Shown: positions 35,567-45,203 of the stretch, piece by piece | Numbering within the stretch: the first letter of the stretch is position 1 | Layout of the letters: each line of letters begins with the position of its first letter | Assembly: GCA_021161785.1 (NCBI GenBank) | Contig: JAGGZX010000085.1 | Coordinates: forward strand, 1-49,259 | Source of the DNA: Candidatus Woesearchaeota archaeon | Lineage (GTDB): Archaea > Nanobdellota > Nanobdellia > Woesearchaeales > JAGGZC01 | Length of the DNA stretch: 49,259 nt | Direction of reading: 5' to 3' | Made by a program: the position numbers and the translations under genes | The notes under the pieces: generated by a model | The model's database searches: none | Seen by the model: the letters and a program-made list of their open reading frames with translations, nothing else | What the model was told of the DNA's origin: nothing

Positions 35567-36049
35567 TTATTCTTTTGAAAGCTTGCTTGCTAGTTGTTTT
35601 TCCAAAACAATAACCTCACAGCCAATGCTTGAAAGCTTTTCAACAGCTTTACTTGTTGCTGATTCAACAATGATTTTTAAAGACTTTAAATCATTACTCG
35701 GCAAACCCCTGCCCAACAATTTTTTAAAACCTAAATGTTTAAGGTTTAACTCTTTAAGGTTTTCATTCATTGATTTAAGTTGTTTTGCAAGTAATGATAA
35801 TTCTGAAACATTGATTGCTTTCAATTTTTTTCGCTTAACAACAAATCTTGGGGGTTTAAAGCCATGCTTGCCAGGTTTTTGAACCTGCCAAGACTTCCAA
35901 ACACTTGGCTTTTTCTGATCAGCTCTCTTTCCAGTGCCTGCTAAGCCTTTACCACCTTTATTGCCAGCTCCTCTGCGTTTCTTCTTAGAACCATGACCAT
36001 GCGTTTTTGAACCTCTAAGCTTTACAACTTTTTTCTTTTTAAACTTCAT
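35567..36049 (-). CDS. rpl15: 50S ribosomal protein uL15
   Basis: Gly/Lys-rich N-terminus LRGSKTHGHGSKKKRRGAGNKGGKGLAGTGKR. Located between uL30 and secY. Confidence 0.9.
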   Translation of the reverse strand: MKFKKKKVVKLRGSKTHGHGSKKKRRGAGNKGGKGLAGTGKRADQKKPSVWKSWQVQKPGKHGFKPPRFVVKRKKLKAINVSELSLLAKQLKSMNENLKELNLKHLGFKKLLGRGLPSNDLKSLKIIVESATSKAVEKLSSIGCEVIVLEKQLASKLSKE

Positions 36050-36092
36050 ACCATCACCTTTACAAGCATTTTGATTGTCACAGTTTTAAGGT

Positions 36093-36500
36093 TTAGCGTT
36101 TTTCTGGAATCATGCGTTTGATTAGATCATTGATTGCAGAGCCGCGATAACCCAAGGCACCGCCTTGCTTGAAAGATTTTTTAACACCTTTGCGTTCAAA
36201 ACCCTTCCTTGGGGGTTGCAAGTGGTAAACAGTTAAATTGTTAAACTTTGTTGTTCTAACGTTTTGTAAAGCTGTAATTGTTTCTTGAGTTACCTCTCCA
36301 TAGGTCACATAATCTTTCACTTTGCTTAGCATTCCTTTAAAGCTTGCAGTGTTTTTAACAATAACGCAAGCATGTTTCCTTGTTAAACCTAGCAAGGCTA
36401 GTGTTTTACGCACATCTGGATGCGTGTTGATAATGCTTCTAACAAGTATTACAGCAATGTTTCCAGTGTTTTGTGAATCTTGCGAGTCAGGTTTAGCCAT
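36093..36500 (-). CDS. rpl30: 50S ribosomal protein uL30
   Basis: IAVILVRSIINTHPDVRKTLALLGLTRKHACVIV, plus its position in the cluster. Confidence 0.9.
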   Translation of the reverse strand: MAKPDSQDSQNTGNIAVILVRSIINTHPDVRKTLALLGLTRKHACVIVKNTASFKGMLSKVKDYVTYGEVTQETITALQNVRTTKFNNLTVYHLQPPRKGFERKGVKKSFKQGGALGYRGSAINDLIKRMIPEKR

Positions 36501-36530
36501 TAATCACACCTTCACAGTTTTTTATTAAAA

Positions 36531-37418
36531 TCACTTTTGAATGCTTAACACTTCAACATGTTCAGGCTTTATTCGCATTGCGTAAAGCTTTCTCAAAGCT
36601 TTCTCTGTGGCTTTAACAAGGTTTATCTTGTTCCTTGCTTGACCGTAAACATTAACCCAAGCGTCTTGAATGCCTGCTAGGGATAGTATTTTCTTCACTT
36701 CAGACTCTGCTACTAAGCCGTTACCCTTAGGAGCTGGCAGTATTTCAACCCTAACACTGCCAACTTTGCCTTCAACTTTAAACGGCACTGAGTGTGGTGT
36801 TTTACAACTGCACTCCCAGCTACCACAACCTTTGACAACTTTGAAAATGTTAAGCTTTGCGTTGCGTAAAGCTTTCTCTCTAGCTGGCAAGGTGTCTTTA
36901 CTCTTTCCATAACCAATGCCTACATGGCTGTCACCGTCACCAACAACAACCATTGCTTCAAACCTTGGCTTGTTACCTTCAGCTGTTTTCTTTTGAGTGC
37001 TGCGGAAAGCTCTTCTCTTACCACCTCCAAACTTGCCTTTCGCTTGACCAATAAGCAATAACTCTGCTTTTAAATCTAGCAATGCGTCAACAATTTCAGG
37101 CTCTAAAATAATCTTGCCTTGCTTTAAAATCTCGTCTATATTCCTAACAGCTCCTTGCTTTACAGCTCTACCAAGAGCTGTCACTGGCTTCCAGTGTTCA
37201 AGCTTTGCTAAACGCTCAGCAAGTTCATTGTCAATAACTTCTTCCTGTAAAGGCGTTATCACTAACTCTTCTTGCTTAACGCTTTGCTGCTCGCCTTGAT
37301 CAACGTGCTCAAGATTTTGTTCAATGTTTTGCTGAGTGTCTTGCTTTTTTTCTTGTTGTAACTCTTCTTGTTCTTGCTCCGGTTGGACTTGTTCCTGTTT
37401 TTCTTTCTTAGCTGTCAT
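36531..37418 (-). CDS. rps5: 30S ribosomal protein uS5 with ~70-aa E/Q-rich N-terminal extension
   Basis: Core RFEAMVVVGDGDSHVGIGYGKSKD...ILPAPKGNGLVA, plus its position in the cluster. Confidence 0.9.
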   Translation of the reverse strand: MTAKKEKQEQVQPEQEQEELQQEKKQDTQQNIEQNLEHVDQGEQQSVKQEELVITPLQEEVIDNELAERLAKLEHWKPVTALGRAVKQGAVRNIDEILKQGKIILEPEIVDALLDLKAELLLIGQAKGKFGGGKRRAFRSTQKKTAEGNKPRFEAMVVVGDGDSHVGIGYGKSKDTLPAREKALRNAKLNIFKVVKGCGSWECSCKTPHSVPFKVEGKVGSVRVEILPAPKGNGLVAESEVKKILSLAGIQDAWVNVYGQARNKINLVKATEKALRKLYAMRIKPEHVEVLSIQK

Positions 37419-37422
37419 GGTA

Positions 37423-38001
37423 TCACTTTGCCTCGTTCAAAATTTTTTGTTTAACATTTTCAAACAATGCTTGGATTTGATCCGGCTTTAAATTGTTTTC
37501 TTTATACTTGGAAAATTGACTGCTTGAAACATTAACAGTTCCTTGCAACACCTTGTCGTAAAATTCTGAAATATGCAAGCCTTTAACCCTGTCTTCATCT
37601 ACTTGCATAGAGCAAGGAATTTCTAAACCTGCATGTTTGGCGCCTAAAACCAAGGCGTAAAACCTGTTACCTTTAGTGCTGACAAACCTTCCAATGTCAA
37701 GTATTGCTTTTTTAACACCCTTGCTTAAAGCTTTTTTACCAATGATTAAACCTGTAAGGTAAGCTGCTGGCAGGTTTTTCTTGCTTAAAGACCAGCCATA
37801 CTTGTCAAGCGCTTTAGAAGTCACTGTTAGTAAAACCTTGTCACCTTTAGCGTCAAACAAAACAATTTGTGCAGTTAAGTATTTATTGGAACGTCTAACA
37901 ACAAGCCTTGGAAGTCTAGACTTTAAAAGCGTTAAACGCTTTTTATAATTCGTTAATCCTAAACGCTTCCGTTTAAAATCTAAATGTTTTAAACGCTTCA
38001 T
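37423..38001 (-). CDS. rpl18: 50S ribosomal protein uL18
   Basis: KRKRLGLTNYKKRLTLLKSRLPRLVVRRSNKYLTAQIV. There is an ATGA overlap with the eL19 stop. Confidence 0.9.
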   Translation of the reverse strand: MKRLKHLDFKRKRLGLTNYKKRLTLLKSRLPRLVVRRSNKYLTAQIVLFDAKGDKVLLTVTSKALDKYGWSLSKKNLPAAYLTGLIIGKKALSKGVKKAILDIGRFVSTKGNRFYALVLGAKHAGLEIPCSMQVDEDRVKGLHISEFYDKVLQGTVNVSSSQFSKYKENNLKPDQIQALFENVKQKILNEAK

Positions 38002-38684
38002 TGCTTCACCTTGCTAGCTCGTTGTTTAGGTTTTGCCTTGCTTTTTGTAACACTTGCTTTCTTTTTTTCTTGCTTTTCAGGTTCTTGCTTTTTATCTTGC
38101 TTTTTAATTTCTTGCTTCTCGCCAGGCTTTTCTTTATCAAGCTTTGCTACTTGCTTTTCTTGCTTTTGCTTTGCAAGAAGCTTCCACTTCCTAGCCTTAA
38201 CATTGCGCTTCTTCCTAACAAGTTTTTGTTCAAACTGAGAAACATCAAAACCTTGATCTTTTAAAAACATTAGAATATGCCTCCTACTCCTGAAAAAACC
38301 TCCCTTGCTTTTCAAGTATAGCTTCCTGTACAAGGTTTTAGGAATCACTCCAGAATTTTTCAATTCTGCTAACAATTTCCTCTGAGCTCTTATTTGAGAC
38401 ATCCATTTCTCCTTAGTGTTTAACCTAGCGTTTTTCGTTCCTTTGCGAGACCCATGGCCTCTTCTGCGGCCTAAAATTTTTTGTAACTTGTTGTACTTAG
38501 CCCTAGCTCTGCTAACGCCTTTAACAGGAATTTTTTGTATAGAACCATCTTTTATCAATGCTCTAATATCATCTTTCGTTATCGCTTCTTTGATTTGTTG
38601 CAAAGCGTCTTGTTTAAACCTAACCCTCTTAGGTGAGCATTTCAATAATTGAGCAGCAATCCTGCGTTGAACTTTTAAATCCAT
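37998..38684 (-). CDS. rpl19e: 50S ribosomal protein eL19 with K/E/Q-rich C-terminal tail
   Basis: MDLKVQRRIAAQLLKCSPKRVRF is the L19e N-terminus. The SD GAGGTG lies 6 nt upstream of ATG 38684. Confidence 0.9.
   Translation of the reverse strand: MDLKVQRRIAAQLLKCSPKRVRFKQDALQQIKEAITKDDIRALIKDGSIQKIPVKGVSRARAKYNKLQKILGRRRGHGSRKGTKNARLNTKEKWMSQIRAQRKLLAELKNSGVIPKTLYRKLYLKSKGGFFRSRRHILMFLKDQGFDVSQFEQKLVRKKRNVKARKWKLLAKQKQEKQVAKLDKEKPGEKQEIKKQDKKQEPEKQEKKKASVTKSKAKPKQRASKVKQ
38074..38094. repeat. 21-nt segment identical to 26031..26051 (encodes KKQEPEK in the eL19 tail)
   Basis: ttttcaggttcttgcttttta was read directly at both loci. Confidence 0.9.
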
Positions 38685-38718
38685 GGCTGCACCTCTAACA
38701 ATCAAACCTTACTTGCTT

Positions 38719-39357
38719 TTAAACGCGTTTTGTTAATATTTTCTCTTTATCTTTAACCTGTTTTTCTTTTTCTTTATCACTTTCCTTAAGTTCAGGTTCT
38801 TTCTCTTTAAGTTTCTCTTTAGGTTTAACTTCTCTCTCTTTAGGTTTTTCAGATTTTTCTTTAGATTCTTTAACTTGCAATCCTTGCTTTTCTTGCTTGA
38901 CTTGCTTTTCTTGCTTGATTTTTTGTTCTTTCTCAAGCTTAACAGTTTTCGCTTTTAACTTCTCCTCCTTAACTTTTAAAGCTTCAGCTTTTCGCTTTTT
39001 CATGTTTTCAAACTTTTGTTTTAAACGTTCCAAATCATGATTTAAGACTTGGATATTGTTCTCCTTAGCTAATTGTAAAAGCTTGATCTTCTTCTTTAAA
39101 CCAACATTGCTAGCTATAACAACTTTCACAGGTTTTGCTCGTTGCTTTGCTTCTTGTTTTAAAGCTCTTAATTGTTGCTCATTCTCTACCCGGATAACAA
39201 TTTCTTGCAATGCTTGTTTTTTAAAACCAATGCTCGGCTTTAAACCCTTACTTTGAAACCTTCTAAGCTTTGAATGAATGCCTTTCGGCCTTCTCCAAAC
39301 TGGTTTTAAACGCTTCTTCTTGTGCAAGTCTTGTCTTTGAAATTTCAGCTTTCGCAT
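38719..39357 (-). CDS. rpl32e: 50S ribosomal protein eL32 with ~100-aa K/E-rich C-terminal tail
   Basis: KFQRQDLHKKKRLKPVWRRPKGIHSKLR. The SD AAGGTGG lies 6 nt upstream of ATG 39357. Confidence 0.85.
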   Translation of the reverse strand: MRKLKFQRQDLHKKKRLKPVWRRPKGIHSKLRRFQSKGLKPSIGFKKQALQEIVIRVENEQQLRALKQEAKQRAKPVKVVIASNVGLKKKIKLLQLAKENNIQVLNHDLERLKQKFENMKKRKAEALKVKEEKLKAKTVKLEKEQKIKQEKQVKQEKQGLQVKESKEKSEKPKEREVKPKEKLKEKEPELKESDKEKEKQVKDKEKILTKRV

Positions 39358-39406
39358 GTAAAACCACCTTTCATTATTCAACTAATCAAACAATATCTAA
39401 CAATTT

Positions 39407-39964
39407 TTAAGCAATAGTTTTTCCATCTTTATAATAAATGTAAATCCCGTCTTGGAATATGCGCCTGTCAAAACCTGTGCGGCGTGTTAGTTTTTCAATA
39501 TCTGCAGCTGTCTGACCTACAAGTTCTTTGTCAAAACCTTCAACAATAATGTCGTTATCCTTAACACTGAGTTTCACCTTGTCTGAAAAAACATACCTCC
39601 TAGGATGTTTTTCTCCTAAAAAGTTTTTAATTTCCAAAACATTGCCTTTAACTGAAACATTCATTGGGAAGTGGCTTGAACAAATTTTTAATTTATAAAC
39701 ATGTCCTTGAGTAACGCCTTTAAACAAGTTTTTAAAATGCGCAACTGTTGTGTTAACTAGTTTTTTCTCTTTCTTACAAGCATTAATTGCTTGAACAACA
39801 ACTTTGTTGTCTTGAACTTTCAAGCTAATGTTTGGAAGTTTGAAATGCCTGGTAACAATGCCTAAAGGTCCTTGAACGCTAACAATGTATCGTTTTAGTT
39901 TGAAATCTATATCAACCTTGCAATTTTCAGGTATTTCCAGTTCTCGTTTCAAATCCTTGCGCAT
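39407..39964 (-). CDS. rpl6: 50S ribosomal protein uL6
   Basis: Cluster position between uS8 and eL32. Two-repeat uL6 architecture (VSVQGPLGIVTRHF ... HFPMNVSVKGNVLEIKNFLGEKHPR). Confidence 0.9.
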   Translation of the reverse strand: MRKDLKRELEIPENCKVDIDFKLKRYIVSVQGPLGIVTRHFKLPNISLKVQDNKVVVQAINACKKEKKLVNTTVAHFKNLFKGVTQGHVYKLKICSSHFPMNVSVKGNVLEIKNFLGEKHPRRYVFSDKVKLSVKDNDIIVEGFDKELVGQTAADIEKLTRRTGFDRRIFQDGIYIYYKDGKTIA

Positions 39965-39977
39965 GTCAAAACACCTT

Positions 39978-40367
39978 TTAATAACAATAAGCTATCAAAA
40001 CACCTCCAATGCCTTGCTTTTTAGCTTCTTCATGCGTTAACAATCCTTTATTCGTTGAAACAATAAGCACTCCAAAACCGCGAGCTGGCAAGTAACGCTT
40101 TTCAAACTTTTCAAACTCTGAAACCTTAACATTAAACCTTGGCTTTACAGCGCCAACAGCGTTAATAGCTCCTGACAAGTGAACTTCTAACAAGTTACCC
40201 TTACTGTCTTGAATTTCTTTAAAACCTGCAATGTAAGACAATTCTTGAAGCTTTAACAAAACCTTCTTGATAAGGTTTGAACTCTGCACTATCACAACTT
40301 TTTTGTAACCCTTCTCGTAATTGTTAATCTTTGACAGTGCAGCTGCAAGCGTATCGTTCATGCTCAT
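39978..40367 (-). CDS. rps8: 30S ribosomal protein uS8
   Basis: NDTLAAALSKINNYEKG ... GGVLIAYCY. The SD AAGGTGG lies 5-6 nt upstream of ATG 40367. Confidence 0.9.
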   Translation of the reverse strand: MSMNDTLAAALSKINNYEKGYKKVVIVQSSNLIKKVLLKLQELSYIAGFKEIQDSKGNLLEVHLSGAINAVGAVKPRFNVKVSEFEKFEKRYLPARGFGVLIVSTNKGLLTHEEAKKQGIGGVLIAYCY

Positions 40368-40378
40368 GACAACCACCT

Positions 40379-40609
40379 TTAAGAGTACTTTTTAAAACCT
40401 AGCTCTAGAGCAACTTCTCTAAAGCACTGCCTGCAAAGGTGCAAGCCATACTTTGTTATGTGCGCATTATAGCGTAAACACCTAACACAACGCTTCGTGC
40501 TTGAACCAAACTTTCTAGGTTTTGGAACGTTGTGCTTCTTCCAAGCTTCTAAACGACCTTTCTTGTGACCTATCTGTTTCAAAACCTTTGTGTAATGCGA
40601 AGCAGTCAT
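40379..40609 (-). CDS. rps14: 30S ribosomal protein uS14 (zinc-ribbon type Z)
   Basis: CVRC...CRQCFRE, ending LGFKKYS. There is an ATGA overlap with the uL5 stop. At 76 aa it is somewhat longer than usual at the N-terminus. Confidence 0.85.
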   Translation of the reverse strand: MTASHYTKVLKQIGHKKGRLEAWKKHNVPKPRKFGSSTKRCVRCLRYNAHITKYGLHLCRQCFREVALELGFKKYS

Positions 40610-41196
40610 TCTACCACAACCCCCAATGTTTTAAAAAAATCAATTGCTTCTTGCTTTGAAATCAAATGTTTTTTACCAATATGCGTTCTTCTTAAACGCC
40701 TATGCTTAACCCTGAAACCTTTACGCTTAAGCGTTACACTAACTTGCAATCCTATAATCCCGATTTCTGGATCATACTTAACGCCGGGAATTGCAATGTA
40801 TTCTTCAATGCCAAAGTTTACATTGCCGTAATCGTCAAAACAGTTTTGTGAAAGCTTGTTATCCTTTGCTTTAAGCATGAGTTTCAAAATTTCTAAAGCT
40901 TTTTCCCCTCGCAACGTTTTTTTACAACCAACTGGCAATCCAGGTCTTAAACCCCAAGCAGGAATCCTCTTCTTAGCAAGCGTTTTTACAGGTTCAAAAC
41001 CTGTGAGTAGTTTTAAAAGCTTCATAGCTTTTGTTAAGTTTGACTGTTCTTTACCAGTGCCAATGTTTAAAACAAGTTTCTCTATCAAGACCTGTCTCAT
41101 AGGGTTTTCCAACTTGGTTTTAAGCTTTGCTTGACTTGCTGATTGACTTAATCCTTGCATTTGTTGCTCTCCTTGCTGTTGTTTTCCTTGCTGCAT
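40606..41196 (-). CDS. rpl5: 50S ribosomal protein uL5 with Q-rich N-terminal extension
   Basis: [18 protein letters not shown] core. The SD AAGGTG lies 7 nt upstream of ATG 41196, which supports the Q-rich N-terminus being translated. Confidence 0.9.
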   Translation of the reverse strand: MQQGKQQQGEQQMQGLSQSASQAKLKTKLENPMRQVLIEKLVLNIGTGKEQSNLTKAMKLLKLLTGFEPVKTLAKKRIPAWGLRPGLPVGCKKTLRGEKALEILKLMLKAKDNKLSQNCFDDYGNVNFGIEEYIAIPGVKYDPEIGIIGLQVSVTLKRKGFRVKHRRLRRTHIGKKHLISKQEAIDFFKTLGVVVE

Positions 41197-41198
41197 GA

Positions 41199-41996
41199 CT
41201 AAGCACCTTTCAAAACATTTTTAACACTAACTGTTAGTTCAGGCTTTTCAAAACCAACAACTATCAAATTCGCGAGTTGAACTTTTAACAACTGGTCATC
41301 CCTCTTAATGATAGCTGTTTTCTTATGCTTCGCAAGCCTTGACTTGATAACGCCTTGTTCAAGGTTTGATGTTTCTTCTTGCTCTTCAAAGCCTTGGAAA
41401 ACGCCTACAATGCCTAAATGGCGACCTCCTAAAGCCAGAACAGCTGCTTTCTGCTTTAAAGGAAAAACCTTGACAGGCTTCCTTTCCAAAACATGAATAA
41501 GTACAGAGTCATAAGTGTTTAACTTTTCTAAACCTTCATGCTTTAAAACTTGTTCAAAAGAATTCATTAAAAAGTTCCAACCATTAGACAAGTTTACTTG
41601 TAAAACACCATGTTTTAACATTGTCTTATTGTTAACCCTTGCTATCGTGTACTGAGATTCTTTCTTTGAAATGTTTTCAAAACAAAGTTTTTTCTTTGGA
41701 GAGATCACTAGCCTGTAATGCTCGTCAATGTCTTGAAAGCTAAGCGTTGACAACAATTTTACAGGCGTTTTTTTATGCTTAGCCCTAACACCGTCAACCA
41801 ATACTGTGTTGTTGTGCAGTATGTACTTAACCTCTCTCGTGTTAGAAGCTTTGCCAAGCAATTTTAGAGCAACGTCTATTGGCAAAGTGTGCTCTAGCAA
41901 AGCACCGCTAGGGAAAGGCCTAGTTATAAAAACACCCCAACGCTTTGAAACAGGCCAAGTTTTCGGAGCTGCTAAGGTTTTTAAATGCTGCTTCAT
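41199..41996 (-). CDS. rps4e: 30S ribosomal protein eS4
   Basis: MKQHLKTLAAPKTWPVSKR. ATG 41996 follows the SD AAGGTGG by 6 nt, and the ORF-track GTG at 42005 lies inside that SD. Confidence 0.9.
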   Translation of the reverse strand: MKQHLKTLAAPKTWPVSKRWGVFITRPFPSGALLEHTLPIDVALKLLGKASNTREVKYILHNNTVLVDGVRAKHKKTPVKLLSTLSFQDIDEHYRLVISPKKKLCFENISKKESQYTIARVNNKTMLKHGVLQVNLSNGWNFLMNSFEQVLKHEGLEKLNTYDSVLIHVLERKPVKVFPLKQKAAVLALGGRHLGIVGVFQGFEEQEETSNLEQGVIKSRLAKHKKTAIIKRDDQLLKVQLANLIVVGFEKPELTVSVKNVLKGA

Positions 41997-42007
41997 GAAA
42001 ACCACCT

Positions 42008-42469
42008 TTAACTGTTTTGACTAGCGCTTTGCTTAACAACAAGTTTCTTGTCTTGCACTTTGTCTTGCACTACTTGACTAACATGTTTTGAAAAGCTTTC
42101 AAGCTTTAACCTTCTCTTAGCGTCTTGAAGGTTTAACTCAACAACCATCAAGTTGGAAGCATGTAACGGTTGTTGCGCTATTGAACCATCCACTTTTTTA
42201 AACTCAACGCCTGAAACATAAACCTTGTAATTCTTAGTGTCAACCCTTGTTACAGCGCCTTGCTTTCCTTTAAACTTGCCTCGCAAAACTTTAACCTTGT
42301 CGCCTTTAACAATCCTGACTGATCGTGTCTTGTATTTCTCTCTCAACTCTTTTGAAAGATGAGCATGTAATTGTTTACCCCTGAGGTGTAAAGGCAGGTT
42401 TTTTAAATACTTTCTTTGCTTTCTAGGCTGCTTGCTCGCCTTCCAGTGTTTTGAAAACGTTTTTTTCAT
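42008..42469 (-). CDS. rpl24: 50S ribosomal protein uL24
   Basis: KOW motif IVKGDKVKVLRGKFKGKQG. ATG 42469 follows the SD AAGGTG. Confidence 0.9.
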   Translation of the reverse strand: MKKTFSKHWKASKQPRKQRKYLKNLPLHLRGKQLHAHLSKELREKYKTRSVRIVKGDKVKVLRGKFKGKQGAVTRVDTKNYKVYVSGVEFKKVDGSIAQQPLHASNLMVVELNLQDAKRRLKLESFSKHVSQVVQDKVQDKKLVVKQSASQNS

Positions 42470-42511
42470 GGTCACACCTTTTTGTTTCTGCTTTTTTATT
42501 ACAAACGTTTT

Positions 42512-42913
42512 TTATACAAACATGCTAGCTACTTTTGCAATTCCAGGCCAGCGCTCAGCAACTTCTTTAGCAACTGGTCCTTTAATGATTGTTCCTTTAG
42601 GAGTTCCAACATTGTCTTTAATGATAACAGCAGCGTTGTCTTCAAACTTGACGCGCAAGCCTGAGGGACGTCTAAACTCTTTGCGCTGCCTCACAATCAC
42701 TGCTTGCACGAGCTGTTTTTTCATGCCAGGCTTTCCTTTGCGAACACTAGCAATTACTAAGTCACCAATACCTGCAGTAGCTCTGCGGCCCTTAACAGTT
42801 TTCTTTGTCTTTACAGACACGATTTTTATAAGGCTAGCTCCTGAATTGTCACAAGTTGGTATAACACTACCTACTTGTAAAGCTCCAGTGATTCTAGCTT
42901 TTATAGCTTTCAT
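42512..42913 (-). CDS. rpl14: 50S ribosomal protein uL14
   Basis: LQVGSVIPTCDNSGA...VIVRQRKEFRRPSG. The SD AAGGTGG lies upstream. Confidence 0.95.
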   Translation of the reverse strand: MKAIKARITGALQVGSVIPTCDNSGASLIKIVSVKTKKTVKGRRATAGIGDLVIASVRKGKPGMKKQLVQAVIVRQRKEFRRPSGLRVKFEDNAAVIIKDNVGTPKGTIIKGPVAKEVAERWPGIAKVASMFV

Positions 42914-42961
42914 GATGCCACCTTTAACGCTTTACACAGCTTGCTTTACACAGTTTTTTGT

Positions 42962-43285
42962 TTAACTTTTTATTGTTTGATTACTGTTACCTTTTTGCTT
43001 GTTCAAAACTTTTATAACCACAAAATGCTTTGTTTTTGATATTGGCTTGCATTCTTGGATTAAAACAATGTCTCCTTCTTTAGCTTTCACACAGTCTGGA
43101 TTGTGAGCTTTCACCTTGCTAAACCTTGTTTCAAAACGCTCATATTTCTGCAAGTAGTACTTCCTCTCCCATTTCACAGTAACTGTTTTGTGCATCTTAG
43201 CTGATGTCACAACACCTTTGAAAACCCTACCATGCACTGTTAGCTTGCCATGGAACGGACAGTTAACGTCTTTACAATCCACCAT
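42962..43285 (-). CDS. rps17: 30S ribosomal protein uS17
   Basis: CPFHGKLTVHGRVFKGVVTSAKMHKTVTV. ATG 43285 lies 7 nt after the SD GGTGG, and the ORF-track start 43291 is a TTG. Confidence 0.9.
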   Translation of the reverse strand: MVDCKDVNCPFHGKLTVHGRVFKGVVTSAKMHKTVTVKWERKYYLQKYERFETRFSKVKAHNPDCVKAKEGDIVLIQECKPISKTKHFVVIKVLNKQKGNSNQTIKS

Positions 43286-43287
43286 TT

Positions 43288-43731
43288 TCAACCACCTGTT
43301 TTTAAAACATTAAAACCGTTTAAAACTAAAGCCTTGTTGAAAGCTTTAATCTTGTAATTGTTAAGCTTTGCCTTGACGCGTTCTTCAGGCCTTTTTAAAA
43401 CCCAATCCCCGTTGATAAAGCATTCTCCAATCTTGAAAACCCTGTGCTTTTTCAAAACAGTTTTCACAGCTAAGCCTTGCAATGTCTTAACCAAGACTTG
43501 AAAACTGTTCTTTGTTTCATTAACAATAATGCCTTTCAATTTTTTTTCATACATGTTTGGAGTTTTAATGATTTGCAATTCTTGACCAATAAATTCTGCT
43601 CTGTAACAATAATCAGGTGCTTGCAACTTTTTTTCAAGATCTTCAAAGCTTAAACTTTCAAAAAGCCATGATTGTAACTCTGCACTATCACAACCCGGAA
43701 TTGTCGGGATTTCCAAACTGTTCTTACCCAT
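43288..43731 (-). CDS. rnp1: ribonuclease P protein component 1 (Rpp29/Pop4)
   Basis: LKGIIVNETKNSFQVLV is the Rpp29 Sm-like core. It holds the canonical position between SUI1 and uS17. Confidence 0.8.
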   Translation of the reverse strand: MGKNSLEIPTIPGCDSAELQSWLFESLSFEDLEKKLQAPDYCYRAEFIGQELQIIKTPNMYEKKLKGIIVNETKNSFQVLVKTLQGLAVKTVLKKHRVFKIGECFINGDWVLKRPEERVKAKLNNYKIKAFNKALVLNGFNVLKTGG

Positions 43732-43852
43732 GATTTAAACCTCTTGTTTGTTACCTTGTTTCTTGCTACATCTTGTTCAAGTGCTTGTATTTATAGCTAT
43801 GCTTAACCCTAAAGCCTGCTTTGGAACTGTGATTAATGCTTTTTCCCAATGC

Positions 43853-44158
43853 TTACTCAACTGTTATGTTGTCAGGGTTAAACCCTAGCTCCACTAAAAC
43901 TTTTTTCACCTTGTTCGTGTGGTCTCCTTGCAATTCAATACTGTCTTCAGTGTAAGTGCCGCCGCAAGCAAACCTTGTTTTTAACTGCTTCGTCAATGCT
44001 TTTAAGTCAACATCCTTGTTGAATCCTTGAATTATTGTAATCACTTTTCCAAACTTTCGCTTGTCCTTCCTTACAACAATCACTTGCTGGTCTTTGCTCA
44101 AAGCTTCGCTAATGCCTAACTCTTTCGGAAGGCCTGTTAAAGGGTCTATCTCAACCAT
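43853..44158 (-). CDS. sui1: translation initiation factor aIF1 (SUI1)
   Basis: VVRKDKRKFGKVITIIQGF...LKTRFACGGTYTEDSIELQGDH...VLVELGF. Confidence 0.9.
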   Translation of the reverse strand: MVEIDPLTGLPKELGISEALSKDQQVIVVRKDKRKFGKVITIIQGFNKDVDLKALTKQLKTRFACGGTYTEDSIELQGDHTNKVKKVLVELGFNPDNITVE

Positions 44159-44181
44159 TTTGTTGTGAGCATGAAAAATAT

Positions 44182-44403
44182 TTATTGCTTCAAGCTTTGC
44201 TGATTCAAACCTTGCTTTAAACGTAACAGGTAGTTAACCCTTGCAAGCATGCGCTTAGCATTCCTTATTAAAGCAACATTCTTTGGAGGAGCTCCGCTAA
44301 CAGCTTGCGCTTTCAATTTTAACAACTCTAGCTTTAACTCTTTCTGCCTAGCTTTAAGCTCTTCCAAGCTTAGCTTTTGCAATTCTTTAAAAGCCTTGCT
44401 CAT
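44182..44403 (-). CDS. rpl29: 50S ribosomal protein uL29
   Basis: MSKAFKELQKLSLEELKARQKELKLELLKLKAQ. ATG 44403 lies 5 nt after GGTGG. The alternative ATG 44415 overlaps the uS3 stop by 1 nt. Confidence 0.85.
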   Translation of the reverse strand: MSKAFKELQKLSLEELKARQKELKLELLKLKAQAVSGAPPKNVALIRNAKRMLARVNYLLRLKQGLNQQSLKQ

Positions 44404-44414
44404 GACAACCACCA

Positions 44415-45203
44415 TTAATTGGTATTTTCAGGTTTCACAGCTCTAGTTTTAGCTTCGCTAGGTTTAATGTCAGCATTGGCTTCAGCTTTAGCATTGCTTT
44501 CAAGCTTAGCATTAGTTTCATTCTTTTCATTCTCAGCATTGCTCATTGCTTTTTCAAGCTCTTGATCCTGGCCAACTTGTTCAATCCCTGGCTGAGCAAC
44601 TTGTTGTGCTTGTTTAATGTTGATATTGTCTGGAAGCTTAACATCCGGGGGCAGTATTGAAACTTTTATGCCTACAACGCCTGATTTCAGCTTTGCAACC
44701 TTGATAGCTTTCCTAACGCCAGTGATTGCTAAGTCTCCGCACTTCTTCATGTAACCAGCGTAAAAGCGCCAAGTCTTAGCTCTCTGACTTGGAACTTTTC
44801 CTGAAATAAAAATCTCAGCACCTATAGCTCCGTTACGCATAATGTCTTGTATAGCTCTATGGCCTACACCTTTAAAGCCGCCAGTTCCGTAAAGCTCAAA
44901 CGTTGTTGCAATCATGTCAGCAACGATTTCTGGCTCTAGGTAAGGGTTAGTAACTTCTTCAATCTCTATTTGCGGGTTTTCAAGGTTAAACCTTTGCTTC
45001 ACTTCTTCTGTTAGTTTTGAAATGTTAGAACCGCCACGGCCAACAACCAAGCCAGGTCTTGAAGTCCTAACAATGATTCTCTCTCCTAAAGGCGTTTTTT
45101 GAAGCTTGACATCGCTAATGCCTGCGTGTCTCATAGTACTCATTATAAATTCTTTAATCTCAAAAGCTTTCAAGTTTTCTTTTAAAAACTTGTTCTCAAT
45201 CAT
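44415..45203 (-). CDS. rps3: 30S ribosomal protein uS3 with N/E/K/A-rich C-terminal tail
   Basis: KH-domain block GLVVGRGGSNISKLTEEV. There is an ATGA overlap with the uL22 stop. Confidence 0.9.
   Translation of the reverse strand: MIENKFLKENLKAFEIKEFIMSTMRHAGISDVKLQKTPLGERIIVRTSRPGLVVGRGGSNISKLTEEVKQRFNLENPQIEIEEVTNPYLEPEIVADMIATTFELYGTGGFKGVGHRAIQDIMRNGAIGAEIFISGKVPSQRAKTWRFYAGYMKKCGDLAITGVRKAIKVAKLKSGVVGIKVSILPPDVKLPDNINIKQAQQVAQPGIEQVGQDQELEKAMSNAENEKNETNAKLESNAKAEANADIKPSEAKTRAVKPENTN

Noticed and set aside
38001-38264. Phe/Leu/Cys-rich plus-strand ORFs (38001..38264, 38011..38238, 45106..45387, 25920..26150) that resemble small membrane proteins.
   Set aside because: They are reverse-complement readings of the K/E/Q-rich ribosomal tails (AAG/GAA/CAA codons read as CTT/TTC/TTG). 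This is a compositional artefact.
42432-42965. A 177-aa plus-strand ORF spanning the uL14/uL24 region.
   Set aside because: It is antisense to two highly conserved ribosomal protein genes and has no start-site signals.
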